This document shows, in pieces, positions 1 to 11,200 of a stretch of DNA of 64,000 nt. The translations under genes were made by a program, and so were the position numbers. Below the pieces are notes generated by a model that searched no databases, was not told where the DNA came from, and was given only the letters and a program-made list of their open reading frames with translations. Each line of letters starts with the position of its first letter. Within the stretch, counting starts at the first letter, position 1. The stretch covers positions 1,082 to 65,081 of the forward strand of contig JBBKVM010000043.1 in the NCBI GenBank assembly GCA_037968415.1, read 5' to 3'. The stretch comes from Bacteroidia bacterium (GTDB lineage Bacteria; Bacteroidota; Bacteroidia; AKYH767-A; JBBKVM01).

Positions 1-2
1 CC

Positions 3-1796
3 GAAGGAAAAAATAGCAAAGAGATTCGCGACCAGCTCACCAAAATGTTGCGTGACGATAAAAACGCGGAGTACCTAGACCAGATTTATTATGCACTCGC
101 AGGGCTGTCGCAAAAGGAAAGCAACGAACCCGAAGCGATAGATTTCTTGAACAAATCGGTGGCGGCAAGTACAAGCAACACCAACCAAAAAGCACTCAGT
201 TACCTGGAGCTGGCCAAGATTTATTTTGGCAAACCCGAGTACCGCAAGGCACAGATTTATTACGACAGCACGGTGACCTTCCTCAGCAAGGAGCACCCCG
301 ACTACACGGTGATACTGAACACACGCAACAGCCTGAACAGTGTGGTGGAGAACCTCAACACCATTGAGCTGCAAGATAGCCTGCAGGTGCTGGCCGCGCT
401 GCCTGCCGCGGAACGCGAAAAAGCCATTGACGACATAGTAAAACGTGAGCAGGAAGAGTTTAAGAAAAAGCAGGAAGAGGCGCTGGCAGCCAAGGCGCAG
501 GAGCAATTGACCCAGCAACTTTTAAATGACCCCAACAACAAACCGGGTGGCATACAGCCTCCGGGCGTGGGCACAGGGTGGTATTTTTACAATACCGCAG
601 CTGTTAGTTTTGGGTACACCGAGTTTCTGAAAAAGTGGGGCAACCGCAAGTTGGAAGACCACTGGCGCAGAAGCAATAAAGCATCAATCATTGTGAACGA
701 AGAAGGCGAAGGCGCGGAAGGCGATTCGCTGAGCGCAACAGCCGGAGGTGATGACGCAGGCTTTATCAACAACAAAGCCCGCTATCTTCGCGCATTGCCT
801 GTGAGTGTGGCAAAAAAAGAGGCATCAGACGCTAAGATCATGCTGGCTATGTACTCATTGGGTACAATCTATCGTGAGCAGCTGCTCGACTACCAAGAGT
901 CTATCATGTGGTTCGAACTGCTGATGAAACGCTATCCCGAAAACGAAAACAAAGTGGCTGCGTTGTTTCAGTTGTACAGGGCTTACCTGGCGCTGGGCAA
1001 TGATGCCAAGGCCAATGAATACAAGAACATTATTCTCACCAAATATCCTGACAGCGAATACGCCAACATCATATTGAATCCGGAAACGGCAGGTGACAAG
1101 TCGAAGAAGTTTGCCAAGCTGAACGAATACTATGAGCAGACCTACAATGCTTATAAAGACAGACAATTTGCAGAGGTAATAGCGCGCAAGGATGCTTCGG
1201 ATTCGCTTTTCCCACACAATCACCTGAGTGCGAAGTTTGATTTTCTAAAAGCGTTGGCCGTGGGCAAAACGCAGGACATGAACAGCTTTGAAACGCAGCT
1301 GCAAGGCATTATAATCAACTACCCCACCGATTCGGTGAAGGTAAAAGCGCAAGAGCTGATTGACTATCTGCAGACACTGCGCGGTGGGGGTACGCAGCAA
1401 ATAACGGCACTGCCTGAGATAGAGAAATATGTGTACCAGCCCGAAGCGGAGCACTATATTCAGGTGGCATTTCCCAATAAGTCAGTGGTGGATCAAAATG
1501 ACCTCAAAGTCAAAATATCGAACTATAACAGTAAGTACTACAGCCTGAATAACTATACCGTGAGCAGCATGTTTTTGAGCGATAGTTTGCAGGTAATTAT
1601 CATCAGCAGGTTTGACAAAGCCGCCACCGCGCTCGATTATTACGATAGTTTTTATGGCAATACCGAGGTTTTTGAAGAGGCCGTGTTGATGGTGGCCGAG
1701 CCGTATGCCATCTCGCTTATCAACCAGCAAACGCTATATAAGGATAAAGACCTCGCCCACTACCTCGATTATTTTAGAAAAAAATACAACCGTTGA
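3..1796 (+). CDS. TPR protein, SprE/PorW-like (T9SS/gliding); 5'-truncated by the window edge
   Basis: Frame is open from base 3. TPR helices plus the WYFYN...FGYTEFLKKWGNRKLEDHWRRSNK motif typical of SprE/PorW. Lies upstream of bactofilin and the atp operon, as is common in Bacteroidota. Confidence 0.7.
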   Translation, partial: EGKNSKEIRDQLTKMLRDDKNAEYLDQIYYALAGLSQKESNEPEAIDFLNKSVAASTSNTNQKALSYLELAKIYFGKPEYRKAQIYYDSTVTFLSKEHPDYTVILNTRNSLNSVVENLNTIELQDSLQVLAALPAAEREKAIDDIVKREQEEFKKKQEEALAAKAQEQLTQQLLNDPNNKPGGIQPPGVGTGWYFYNTAAVSFGYTEFLKKWGNRKLEDHWRRSNKASIIVNEEGEGAEGDSLSATAGGDDAGFINNKARYLRALPVSVAKKEASDAKIMLAMYSLGTIYREQLLDYQESIMWFELLMKRYPENENKVAALFQLYRAYLALGNDAKANEYKNIILTKYPDSEYANIILNPETAGDKSKKFAKLNEYYEQTYNAYKDRQFAEVIARKDASDSLFPHNHLSAKFDFLKALAVGKTQDMNSFETQLQGIIINYPTDSVKVKAQELIDYLQTLRGGGTQQITALPEIEKYVYQPEAEHYIQVAFPNKSVVDQNDLKVKISNYNSKYYSLNNYTVSSMFLSDSLQVIIISRFDKAATALDYYDSFYGNTEVFEEAVLMVAEPYAISLINQQTLYKDKDLAHYLDYFRKKYNR

Positions 1797-1852
1797 TCAG
1801 GTGCCTGATACGCAACGTCTTGATATTCTTTTTTTTAGATTGGTAAAATAAT

Positions 1853-1860
1853 TACATTTG
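1853..1860 (+). promoter_or_regulatory. Bacteroidota sigma70 -7 element (TACATTTG)
   Basis: Exact TAnnTTTG match 30 nt upstream of the bactofilin ATG. Confidence 0.55.
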
Positions 1861-1890
1861 CACATCCCATTTCACTAAATCCATTTAATC

Positions 1891-2343
1891 ATGAACATGT
1901 TTTCTTCAGATTCAAAGCAAACAAAGGGACCGCAACGCAGTTACGACCAGGCCGGCACATCTATCAATTTGATAGGCGCAGGCACCACCATAGAAGGTGA
2001 GGTAAAACCGAAAGGAGACATCAGGATAGACGGGACCATCATCGGTTCGGTTTCTTCCAAAGCCAAGGTGATCATAGGTACTTCGGGTATTGTTCAGGGC
2101 GATGTGGTATGCCAGAATGCCGACATAGAAGGCACTATCAAAGGCAAAACCACAGTGGCTGAAATGCTGGTCTTAAAAGCCACATCAAAAATAAATGGTG
2201 ACATCATTACAGGCAAACTGGTGGTGGAAGTAGGCGCAAGCTTTACTGGTTCGTGCAATATGGGCCCCATGATAAAGGACCTGAAACATGGAGAAACACA
2301 AAATCAGCGCGAAGAAATCCGCGAATCAGAAAAAACAGCCTAA
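1891..2343 (+). CDS. Bactofilin (polymer-forming cytoskeletal protein)
   Basis: LIGAGTTIEGEV...GDIRIDGTIIG...GDIITGKLVVEVGASFTGSCNM beta-helix repeats. Confidence 0.9.
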   Translation: MNMFSSDSKQTKGPQRSYDQAGTSINLIGAGTTIEGEVKPKGDIRIDGTIIGSVSSKAKVIIGTSGIVQGDVVCQNADIEGTIKGKTTVAEMLVLKATSKINGDIITGKLVVEVGASFTGSCNMGPMIKDLKHGETQNQREEIRESEKTA

Positions 2344-2542
2344 TAGCACGGTTCGCTATACCGGGATAGCCGGTCAAATGCTTTTTATTATTCTGGCCGG
2401 GGTGTTTGTTGGTATCTACCTCGATAAAAAATTTAGCTTCGGCTTTCCACTGTTTACATTGTTGCTGAGTATCGGAGGTGTGGTATTGGCCATGTTTGTG
2501 ATCATCAAAGAAGTTTCGCGCGACACCAAAGACCCGCATTAG
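2288..2542 (+). CDS. AtpZ/AtpI-family small membrane protein
   Basis: RYTGIAGQM...GVFVGIYLDKKF motif, two TM helices, upstream of atpB. Confidence 0.8.
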   Translation: MEKHKISAKKSANQKKQPNSTVRYTGIAGQMLFIILAGVFVGIYLDKKFSFGFPLFTLLLSIGGVVLAMFVIIKEVSRDTKDPH

Positions 2543-2545
2543 TTT

Positions 2546-2929
2546 ATGTCCATTTTTAATAAGTACGCCTACTGGTGGTTGATTGCAACCGTGTCATTGG
2601 TGCTTTACGCGTTGTTTGCATTTTCAGCACCACACCTGCCACTGCGCTATGTGAGCGATAAGGTGGGGTACATCATTTTGTTTTTTGCAATTCTTACCGG
2701 CTCGCTGCATTTGTTGATCAATAAATTGGCTGGTCAACGTCCACAGCGATTTGTTACGTACTACATGGGGCTTACCACACTCAAAATGTTCGTTTTGGTC
2801 ATAGTACTCATGGCTTTTGCCCTCACCCACAGAATAGAGGCCGCCAGTTTTATTCTCACCTTTTTTGTATGCTACCTTGTTTTTTCTGTGTTTGATGTAG
2901 TGATGATGCTAAAAGGGATGCAGAAATAA
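2546..2929 (+). CDS. ATP synthase-associated 4-TM membrane protein (AtpI-like)
   Basis: Hydrophobic 127 aa with FVTYYMGLTTLKMF, immediately before atpB. Confidence 0.65.
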   Translation: MSIFNKYAYWWLIATVSLVLYALFAFSAPHLPLRYVSDKVGYIILFFAILTGSLHLLINKLAGQRPQRFVTYYMGLTTLKMFVLVIVLMAFALTHRIEAASFILTFFVCYLVFSVFDVVMMLKGMQK

Positions 2930-2983
2930 TCGTCAAACGCTTGAACAATGGGCGCTTACCTTTTTTAGTAAGGAATATATTTC

Positions 2984-2991
2984 TAACTTTG
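2984..2991 (+). promoter_or_regulatory. -7 promoter element upstream of atpB (TAACTTTG)
   Basis: TAnnTTTG consensus in the intergenic gap. Confidence 0.6.
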
Positions 2992-3025
2992 CGCTCTCTT
3001 TTGAAAAACGGGATAAATTACATTC

Positions 3026-4171
3026 ATGGGCGCACATAAACGTTTATTTATCAATTACTTCGGGGCAATTGCCATGCTGTTGTTTACAGTTACGGCCACC
3101 CCAAATTTTGCCTATGCATCTGAAGACCACGATGCTTTAGAAGCTACCACCGATGCCCATGCCGCGGATGCGAACGCTGACGACTCCCACGCCAAAGAAA
3201 AATTCAATGCCGGTGAAATGATTATGCATCACATCACCGATGGCTACGACTGGCACATTGCTGATATTGGCGGTCACCCCATCAGCATACCGCTGCCCAT
3301 CATTATTTATACACCCGGCCAGGGTCTCGATATGTTCATGTCATCGAAATTCGATCACGGGCACACAGCGCACAATGGCTTTCGCCTTGACCACGGTCAA
3401 CTGATATCAGTGAGCGGAGCCAATTTTTATGACCTGTCCATCACCAAGCACGTGGCATCATTGCTTATCAGCTGTTTTCTCATCTGCTTCATATTTATTT
3501 CGGTTGCCAACAAATACAAGCGCAACCCCGGCAAAGCACCTTCTGGATTGCAGAATTTGCTCGAAACCCTTATCCTTTTTGTAAAAGACGAAATAGCCAA
3601 GCCTTCAATTGGCCCCAGGTACGAAAAGTTTGTGCCTTACCTGCTTACCGTATTCTTCTTTATCTGGATTAACAATATCCTGGGCTTGTTGCCATTCTTT
3701 CCGGGTGGAGCCAATGTAACAGGCAGCATTGCCGTAACGTTGGTATTGGCGCTGTTTACTTTTGTTATCACAACCATCAACGGCACCAAAGATTATTGGG
3801 TGCATATATTCAACACACCGGGTGTTCCGTGGTGGCTTAAGTTTCCGATTCCATTGATGCCCCTTGTTGAATTTGTGGGCATGATCTCCAAGCCGTTTGT
3901 ACTGATGGTACGTTTGTTCGCCAACATCACAGCAGGTCATATCATTGTGCTGGGTTTCTTCTCACTCATTTTCATATTTGGTGAAATGAACCAGTGGTTG
4001 GGCGCGGGCGTATCTTTATTCACGCTTGCATTTACTATATTCATGTATGTCCTCGAATTGCTTGTTGCGTTTCTACAGGCATATGTGTTCACGCTGTTGT
4101 CGGCCATATACTTTGGTATGGCGGTAGAGGAACACCATCATCACGAACCTGCTGCCGGACACGCACATTAA
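3026..4171 (+). CDS. atpB: F0 ATP synthase subunit a, with a His/acidic N-terminal extension
   Basis: KPFVLMVRLFANITAGH and ELLVAFLQAYVFTLLSAIY motifs. Confidence 0.97.
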   Translation: MGAHKRLFINYFGAIAMLLFTVTATPNFAYASEDHDALEATTDAHAADANADDSHAKEKFNAGEMIMHHITDGYDWHIADIGGHPISIPLPIIIYTPGQGLDMFMSSKFDHGHTAHNGFRLDHGQLISVSGANFYDLSITKHVASLLISCFLICFIFISVANKYKRNPGKAPSGLQNLLETLILFVKDEIAKPSIGPRYEKFVPYLLTVFFFIWINNILGLLPFFPGGANVTGSIAVTLVLALFTFVITTINGTKDYWVHIFNTPGVPWWLKFPIPLMPLVEFVGMISKPFVLMVRLFANITAGHIIVLGFFSLIFIFGEMNQWLGAGVSLFTLAFTIFMYVLELLVAFLQAYVFTLLSAIYFGMAVEEHHHHEPAAGHAH

Positions 4172-4186
4172 TCTGTTAATCCTTAA

Positions 4187-4456
<270 letters not shown>

Positions 4457-4464
4457 AAGGATCT

Positions 4465-4501
4465 AACCTGCATCTGTGACGGTTGGTCACAGGTGCAGGT
4501 T
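4465..4501 (+). other. 16-bp intergenic stem-loop between atpE and atpF
   Basis: AACCTGCATCTGTGAC-GGTTG-GTCACAGGTGCAGGTT, one G-U pair. Confidence 0.75.
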
Positions 4502-4541
4502 TATTATTGAACACTGACTTTATTTTTTAAAATACAATCAC

Positions 4542-5036
4542 ATGGAACTCATAACACCCGGCTTTGGACTCGTTTTCTGGATGACCATTTCCTTCAGCGT
4601 GGTTTTATACCTCTTGCTGAAGTTTGCCTGGAGGCCCATTATGGGCGCACTCAAGTCGCGCGAAGAATTTATTGAGAAGTCGCTACAGGCGGCAGAACTT
4701 GCGCGTCAGGAAATCATAGACCTCACTGTAGACAACCAGAAACTAATCAATGATGCCAAGATAGAGCGCGACAAAATATTGCGCGATGCGCGAGAAGCCA
4801 AAGAGACCATCATCTCCGATGCACGTACCAGGGCAAGCGTGGAGGCCGACCGGCTTATCGAAATTGCCAAAGAAGCAATAGAGAATCAAAAAATGGCAGC
4901 CATTACCGAATTGCAAAATTCAGTTGCGGCCATGTCTATAGAAATTGCAGAGAAAATTTTGCGCAACGAATTGAAAGACGATGACAAGCAGAAGGCTTTC
5001 ATGAATAGCTTGCTAAATGAAATAAGCGCTAACTAA
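4542..5036 (+). CDS. atpF: F0 ATP synthase subunit b
   Basis: N-terminal TM FWMTISF...KFAWRPI followed by coiled coil; operon position. Confidence 0.95.
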   Translation: MELITPGFGLVFWMTISFSVVLYLLLKFAWRPIMGALKSREEFIEKSLQAAELARQEIIDLTVDNQKLINDAKIERDKILRDAREAKETIISDARTRASVEADRLIEIAKEAIENQKMAAITELQNSVAAMSIEIAEKILRNELKDDDKQKAFMNSLLNEISAN

Positions 5037-5042
5037 AATCGT

Positions 5043-5609
5043 ATGAGGCAGACAAAAGTTTCCAGACGGTACGCGAAATCGCTTCTTGACCTAGCACAGG
5101 AAAAGGGGTTGATGGATGCAATCTATCATGACATGGTTGCTATACACAAACTGTGCAACACGAACAAAGATTTTACTTTGATGTTGCGCAACCCACTGGT
5201 GAATGCCGATCGTAAAAAAAATATTTTACAAGCGATATTTAGCGGAAAGCTGAATAACCTCACCAACATGTTTCTTGAGTTGCTCACGAGCAAGAAACGT
5301 GAGATGTATCTCGAAGCCATCGCGGTTGATTTTATTGACGAATACAAAATCATAAAAGGCATCACGACCGCCATGATCACTGCGGCACACGGCCTTGATG
5401 ATAACATGCGCAAGCAAGTGATAGAATTGGTGCGCAACAGCGGAACCAATGAAGTAGAATTGACGGAGAAGATAAACCCCGAATTGATAGGCGGATTTGT
5501 GTTGCGCATTGGCAATATACAATACGACACTACGGTGGCGAAAAATCTCAATGAGTTGAAAATGAATTTCACAAAGAACCTTTACGTAGCAAAAATTAAA
5601 AATAAATAA
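5043..5609 (+). CDS. atpH: F1 ATP synthase subunit delta
   Basis: RRYAKSL and [14 protein letters not shown] motifs. Confidence 0.95.
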   Translation: MRQTKVSRRYAKSLLDLAQEKGLMDAIYHDMVAIHKLCNTNKDFTLMLRNPLVNADRKKNILQAIFSGKLNNLTNMFLELLTSKKREMYLEAIAVDFIDEYKIIKGITTAMITAAHGLDDNMRKQVIELVRNSGTNEVELTEKINPELIGGFVLRIGNIQYDTTVAKNLNELKMNFTKNLYVAKIKNK

Positions 5610-5611
5610 CC

Positions 5612-7201
5612 ATGGTTGAAATAAGACCTGATGAAGTATCAGCGATTCTGCGCCAGCAGCTTTCGGGATTCAAAACAGAAGTAGAATTACAGGAAATAGG
5701 GACCGTACTCCAGGTGGGTGACGGTATTGCGCGCATTTACGGACTGTCACAAGTACAGTCGGGCGAGCTGATCGAATTTGAAAACGGTTTGCGTGGCATC
5801 GTACTCAACCTTGAAGAAGACAACGTGGGAGCAGTATTGTTAGGACCCTCTTCTAACATTAAAGAAGGCGACACAGTAAAGCGAACCGGCAAAATTGCTT
5901 CTATTCAAGTAGGCGAAGGCGTGTTGGGCCGTGTAGTTGATACACTAGGTAATCCGATAGATGGTAAAGGTCCTATTACAGGCGTTACTTATGAAATGCC
6001 ACTTGAGCGCAAAGCCCCGGGCGTACTTTTCCGCCAGCCGGTAAACGAGCCGCTGCAGACAGGTATCAAGTCTATCGACTCTATGATTCCTATCGGGCGC
6101 GGGCAGCGTGAGCTTATCATTGGCGATCGCCAAACTGGTAAGACAGCGGTAGCCATCGATACCATCATCAACCAAAAAGAATTTTACGACAAAGGCGAGC
6201 CTGTGTATTGCATTTATGTGGCGATAGGTCAAAAAGGATCTACAATTGCCAACATCGTAAAAGTACTTGAAGAGAACGGAGCCATGCCTTACACTACGGT
6301 GGTGGCAGCGCCAGCCTCTGAGCCAGCGCCTATGCAGTTTTACGCGCCTATGGCTGGAGCTTCTATCGGTGAGTTTTTCAGAGACACCGGCCGACCAGCA
6401 TTGATCGTATATGATGATCTTTCTAAACAAGCGGTGGCTTATCGTGAGGTATCATTGCTGCTCAGACGTCCACCCGGTCGCGAGGCATACCCTGGTGACG
6501 TATTTTATCTGCACTCACGCCTCCTCGAAAGAGCTGCTAAAATCGTGAACTCGGATGAGATTGTACAGAACATGAACGACCTTCCCGAAGCCCTTCGCCC
6601 ATTGGTGAAAGGTGGCGGATCGCTTACCGCACTGCCTATTATCGAAACACAGGCGGGTGACGTGTCGGCATATATTCCAACTAACGTGATCTCCATCACC
6701 GATGGCCAGATATTTTTGGAGGCCAACCTGTTTAACGCAGGTGTGCGCCCGGCCATCAACGTAGGTATATCAGTATCGCGTGTGGGTGGTAATGCACAGA
6801 TCAAATCGATGAAGAAAATTGCAGGTACGCTTAAGCTTGATCAAGCGCAGTACCGCGAATTAGAAGCATTCTCTAAATTCGGCTCCGACCTGGATGCCGC
6901 CACCAAGGCAGTACTCGATAAGGGTAGCCGCAACGTGGAGATACTTAAGCAAGGACAGTTCTCGCCCATGCCGGTGGAGAAGCAAGTGGCAATAATATAC
7001 GCAGGTACCAAAGGATTACTTCGCAGTGTGCCCGTAAACAAGGTGCGTGAATTCGAAAGCACCTACCTCGACTTGCTCGAGACACACCACAAGCAGGTGC
7101 TGGACAACCTGAAAGCAGGCAAACTGAATGATGAAGATTTAAAAGTGCTTGATGAGGCAGCGCGCGATGTGGCTGCCCAGTATGTTGCAACAACAGCTTA
7201 A
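5612..7201 (+). CDS. atpA: F1 ATP synthase subunit alpha
   Basis: GDRQTGKT Walker [23 protein letters not shown]. Confidence 0.99.
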   Translation: MVEIRPDEVSAILRQQLSGFKTEVELQEIGTVLQVGDGIARIYGLSQVQSGELIEFENGLRGIVLNLEEDNVGAVLLGPSSNIKEGDTVKRTGKIASIQVGEGVLGRVVDTLGNPIDGKGPITGVTYEMPLERKAPGVLFRQPVNEPLQTGIKSIDSMIPIGRGQRELIIGDRQTGKTAVAIDTIINQKEFYDKGEPVYCIYVAIGQKGSTIANIVKVLEENGAMPYTTVVAAPASEPAPMQFYAPMAGASIGEFFRDTGRPALIVYDDLSKQAVAYREVSLLLRRPPGREAYPGDVFYLHSRLLERAAKIVNSDEIVQNMNDLPEALRPLVKGGGSLTALPIIETQAGDVSAYIPTNVISITDGQIFLEANLFNAGVRPAINVGISVSRVGGNAQIKSMKKIAGTLKLDQAQYRELEAFSKFGSDLDAATKAVLDKGSRNVEILKQGQFSPMPVEKQVAIIYAGTKGLLRSVPVNKVREFESTYLDLLETHHKQVLDNLKAGKLNDEDLKVLDEAARDVAAQYVATTA

Positions 7202-7210
7202 TAACCGGTC

Positions 7211-8101
7211 ATGGCCAATTTAAAAGAAGTACGCTTACGCATAGCATCTGTTTCGTCAACGCAGCAGATAACCAAAGCCATGAAAATGGTGTCGGCTGCC
7301 AAGCTTAAGCGTGCGCAGGATGCCATTACGCAAATGCGCCCCTATGCCGAAAAGTTGAAAGAGGTTTTGCAAAATCTTTCATCGAGCATGGAGAACGCAG
7401 ACGGGGGTGAATACGCACAAGAGCGCGCGGTAAACAATGTGCTGATTGTACCTATTACATCGAACCGCGGTTTGTGTGGTGCATTTAACTCTAACGTGAT
7501 ACGCACGGTGAACCGAATGCTGGCACAAGAATATGCAGTGCAACACAACAACGGCAATGTGAAAATATTGGCGATAGGCCGTAAGGCGGCTGAGTTTTTT
7601 ACCAAGAATCAGAAGCAATCATACATTGGCAATCACAACGGAATTTTTACTGAGTTAGTTTTTGCAAACACTTCGGCCATCTCCACAAAATTGATGGAAG
7701 AATTTGTGACAGGAAATTACGACCGTGTAGTGCTTGTGTACAACCATTTCCGCAACGCGGCTTCGCAAGAAATAAAGGCTGAGCAATTGTTGCCAGTGGC
7801 ACCAGCAGAGAAAGAAAAAACAGAGGAAAGCAAAATGATGGCCGACTATATTTTCGAGCCTTCAAAACCAGAAATTATAAAAGACCTGATTCCAAAGTCG
7901 ATAAAGATTCAGTTTCACAAAGCTGTGCTCGATTCGCATGCTTCGGAGCATGGCGCACGGATGACAGCCATGAGCAAAGCCACCGACAACGCTGGTGAGC
8001 TTATCAAGGCACTTAAATTATCTTACAACAAAGCAAGGCAGGCAGCCATCACAACCGAGATTCTCGAAATTGTGGGTGGAGCCGAAGCCCTCAAAGGTTA
8101 A
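7211..8101 (+). CDS. atpG: F1 ATP synthase subunit gamma
   Basis: ITKAMKMVSAAKL, RGLCGAFN, RQAAITTEILEIVGGA. Confidence 0.98.
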   Translation: MANLKEVRLRIASVSSTQQITKAMKMVSAAKLKRAQDAITQMRPYAEKLKEVLQNLSSSMENADGGEYAQERAVNNVLIVPITSNRGLCGAFNSNVIRTVNRMLAQEYAVQHNNGNVKILAIGRKAAEFFTKNQKQSYIGNHNGIFTELVFANTSAISTKLMEEFVTGNYDRVVLVYNHFRNAASQEIKAEQLLPVAPAEKEKTEESKMMADYIFEPSKPEIIKDLIPKSIKIQFHKAVLDSHASEHGARMTAMSKATDNAGELIKALKLSYNKARQAAITTEILEIVGGAEALKG

Positions 8102-8121
8102 AAGTTTATTCATCACAAAAG

Positions 8122-8149
8122 AAAAGCCACCGCTTGCGGTGGCTTTTTT
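8122..8149 (+). terminator. Rho-independent terminator of the atp operon
   Basis: AAAAGCCACCG-CTTG-CGGTGGCTTTTTT. Confidence 0.9.
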
Positions 8150-8241
8150 GCATTCAATAATTCACCGTGAATGCATTGTAGTCAATATACATTTGTGCTT
8201 TTTGTTTAATCAATACATTTGTTGGCAAACGGATTAGTGAA

Positions 8242-11200
8242 GTGAATAAAGATTTTTTGAAGTGGGTGTATATAAGTATTGCTGTAACCTTGATTGGTTA
8301 TGGCACCGGTCGCTTGTTAGAGTGGTATTACCAGAGCGAGTATTATTATCACACACAGGTTGCCAACGTGCAGTCGCAGTTACAAAGTCTTGAGTCAAAA
8401 GCATCCAATTACCTGGCAGATATCAAAGCGGATATCCAGAAAAATGGTTCCGAGAATATTTTTAAAAACACCCGTCAGCATCAAATAGAATCAGAGCGAA
8501 AGGGAATTTATTTGCTGGTTTTTGATAACGAAAATCTTGTTTACTGGAGTGACAAGCGCATTGCACTACAAAATATTCAGGAATCATTTTCGGATAATAG
8601 CCGGCTTTTGCGCACGCGCAATGGCTTGTTCGCGGTGGTTCGCGACTCCCTGGCACACCATCAGTTGATTGGGCTCATCCTCATCCAATCGGACTACAAC
8701 TACCAGAACAAATACATCCAAAATGAAATGAACCCGCTGCTGCCCTTGTGGCCCGGGGCTAAAGTGTTGACTTCAGAAAGCGAGGGTGCCCGTGCAGTGG
8801 TCGACAGCGAGGGTCGATTTGTTTTTGGCGTGGAAGCGGGCCTGGCGCCAGTGGCCAACAGCACTATCCCCGACAAGGCGTTTTGGTTTTATGTGCTCTC
8901 CTTGTTGGGTTTGTTAATGCTCATTTACTTTGTGGGAAAGGCAGTAGTAGCACATTCGCCCAATGTGTGGATTTCGCTTTTGTATTTGCTTATCGTTTTG
9001 TTAGTGCGCATTGCATGCAGCGTTTTTGAAGTACCCGAATTTTTGTTTTCGTTTCAGGCATTTAATCCGGTGCACTATGCAAGTTCGACCTTGCTCAGTT
9101 CGCTAGGTGAAATGTTTATCAACGTGTTGTTTGTTTTTTATGCGTTGTCATTTCTGCACAAGTATATTGTCATTTCAGATAAACTTCAATATGCCAGCCA
9201 ATCGGGGAAAATGGCAATGAGCATAACGCTGTTGGTCGGATATTTTTTTGGCACGCTCGAAGTAACAAGACTCTTTCATGGGCTCATTGTCAACTCCAGC
9301 ATTTCGTTCAATGTCAATAATCTTTTTGGTTTAGATGGGTACACCGTAATAGGATACACCGTGATTGCTATGATGCTGTTTTCTCTTTTTGTGTTAGCAA
9401 ACAGCATAGTTAGCTTGTTCTTACGCTTAGGCAACAAAGCATTTTACCGATCTTTTTTTATAGCACTTATCATCATAGTGTGTGCGTGGATTATTGCTGG
9501 CACATCAGGTTTGTTCAGCAATTTTGATTTGATGCAGTACATGTGGAGTATTGTTTTTTTACTCACAATTTATCAGGTCAACAACTCTCCCTATTTTCGA
9601 TATTCACTTATCTCTATCATCCCGGTCATCATTTTGTTTTCGGCATTCGGAGGTTATGGTGTGGTGAAGTATGGAAAAGAAAAAGAGTTGAACAGCAGAA
9701 AGCTGCTGGCCCAGCGACTTGACAAAGAGCAGGACCACACAGCAGAGTATTTGTATGAAGACATAGAACGAAAAGTAAATGAAGACAAGTTGCTGCAAGG
9801 ACTGATGCGTAACCCTTTTCAAAATGCATCCACCATAGAGAGGCGCATCAACCAACTTTACCTTACCGGCTACTGGAACAAATACGAACGCAACATCTAC
9901 ATTTTCGATAGTCTTGCCACGCTGTATAACAACCCCGGCAACGACACTATTTCATTCAACACCATTGAAAGAAAAGTGTTGGAGTTTGGTACACCCACTG
10001 AAAATGAGCGCCTGTTCTTTATGGTGAACAGTACCGGCCGCACGGGTTACATAGGTTTTTTGAAAGTGGCTGGCAGCAACAGTGGCCGCGACATCGGCAC
10101 CATTGTCATTGAACTACGTTCGCGATTGGTACAGGAAGAAATTGGTTTTCCTGAATTGTTGTTGAGCGGTCGCGTATCTTCCAATCTCGACCTTACCGGA
10201 TATTCATATGCATTGTACAACAACGAGCGACTGATTAGCCAGCATGGAACATTCCCCTTTCCTCTCAAGGCCACTGCATTTGGCCCTATGCCTGTCGAAC
10301 AGGCTTTTGTAGAGTCAGATGGTTATAGCCATTTGATATTCAAGCGAAACGAAATGTCGCGTGTGGTTCTGAGCAAGGAGTTGGACAAACCACTGGATTA
10401 CCTCACGCTGTTCTCTTATCTCTTCGCCATTTTCTATTTGTATTTGTTGCTGTTTACATTGCTGCGTTTTGTGCCTTTGCGCTTTTTCCATTTTCAACGA
10501 TTTACTTTTCGTAACCGCATTCAGTTGGTCATGCTGTCGCTGGTTTTTCTTTCGCTCAGCCTTATTGGCTCGGGCACTATATATTACATCATTCATACCT
10601 ACAACAAACAAAAAGTTTTTCAGCTTAGCGACAAGGCCAACGCCACGTTGGTTGCTGTAGATAACGAGATGGCGGGCATTGATTTTGCGCCAGCGAATTT
10701 TAACGAAGACATGGCCATACGCCTGGGTCGGTTGTCTTCCGCTTTGTCGGCCGAGTTTATTGTGTATGATACCGCGGGCTCACAGTTGTTTTCATCTCAA
10801 CCAAAAATATTTGATCAGGGACTGGTGTCGCGCAAAATGGATCCTGAAGCGTTTTACCACATGGCCCTCGCGCGCGAAAGCCGGTTCATTCACAACGAAA
10901 GCATTGGCAAGCTTAGTTATCTGGCGGCTTATGTACCTGTTCGTGATAACGAAAATATGGTAAAGGGTTATCTGGGCTTGCCCTACTTCGCCAAAGAGAG
11001 CGAGCTAAAAAACGAAATTTCAAATTTCCTTGTGGCGCTCATCAATGTATACCTGTTGCTGTTTATTATTGCCGTGGCGCTGGCCCTGCTGGTGGCCGAC
11101 AGGCTCACGCAGCCGCTGGGTGTGATACGCGAGCGCATGAGTAAAATTCGACTGGGCAAAAAGAACGAACCCATTGTGTGGCGCACCCATGATGAGATAG

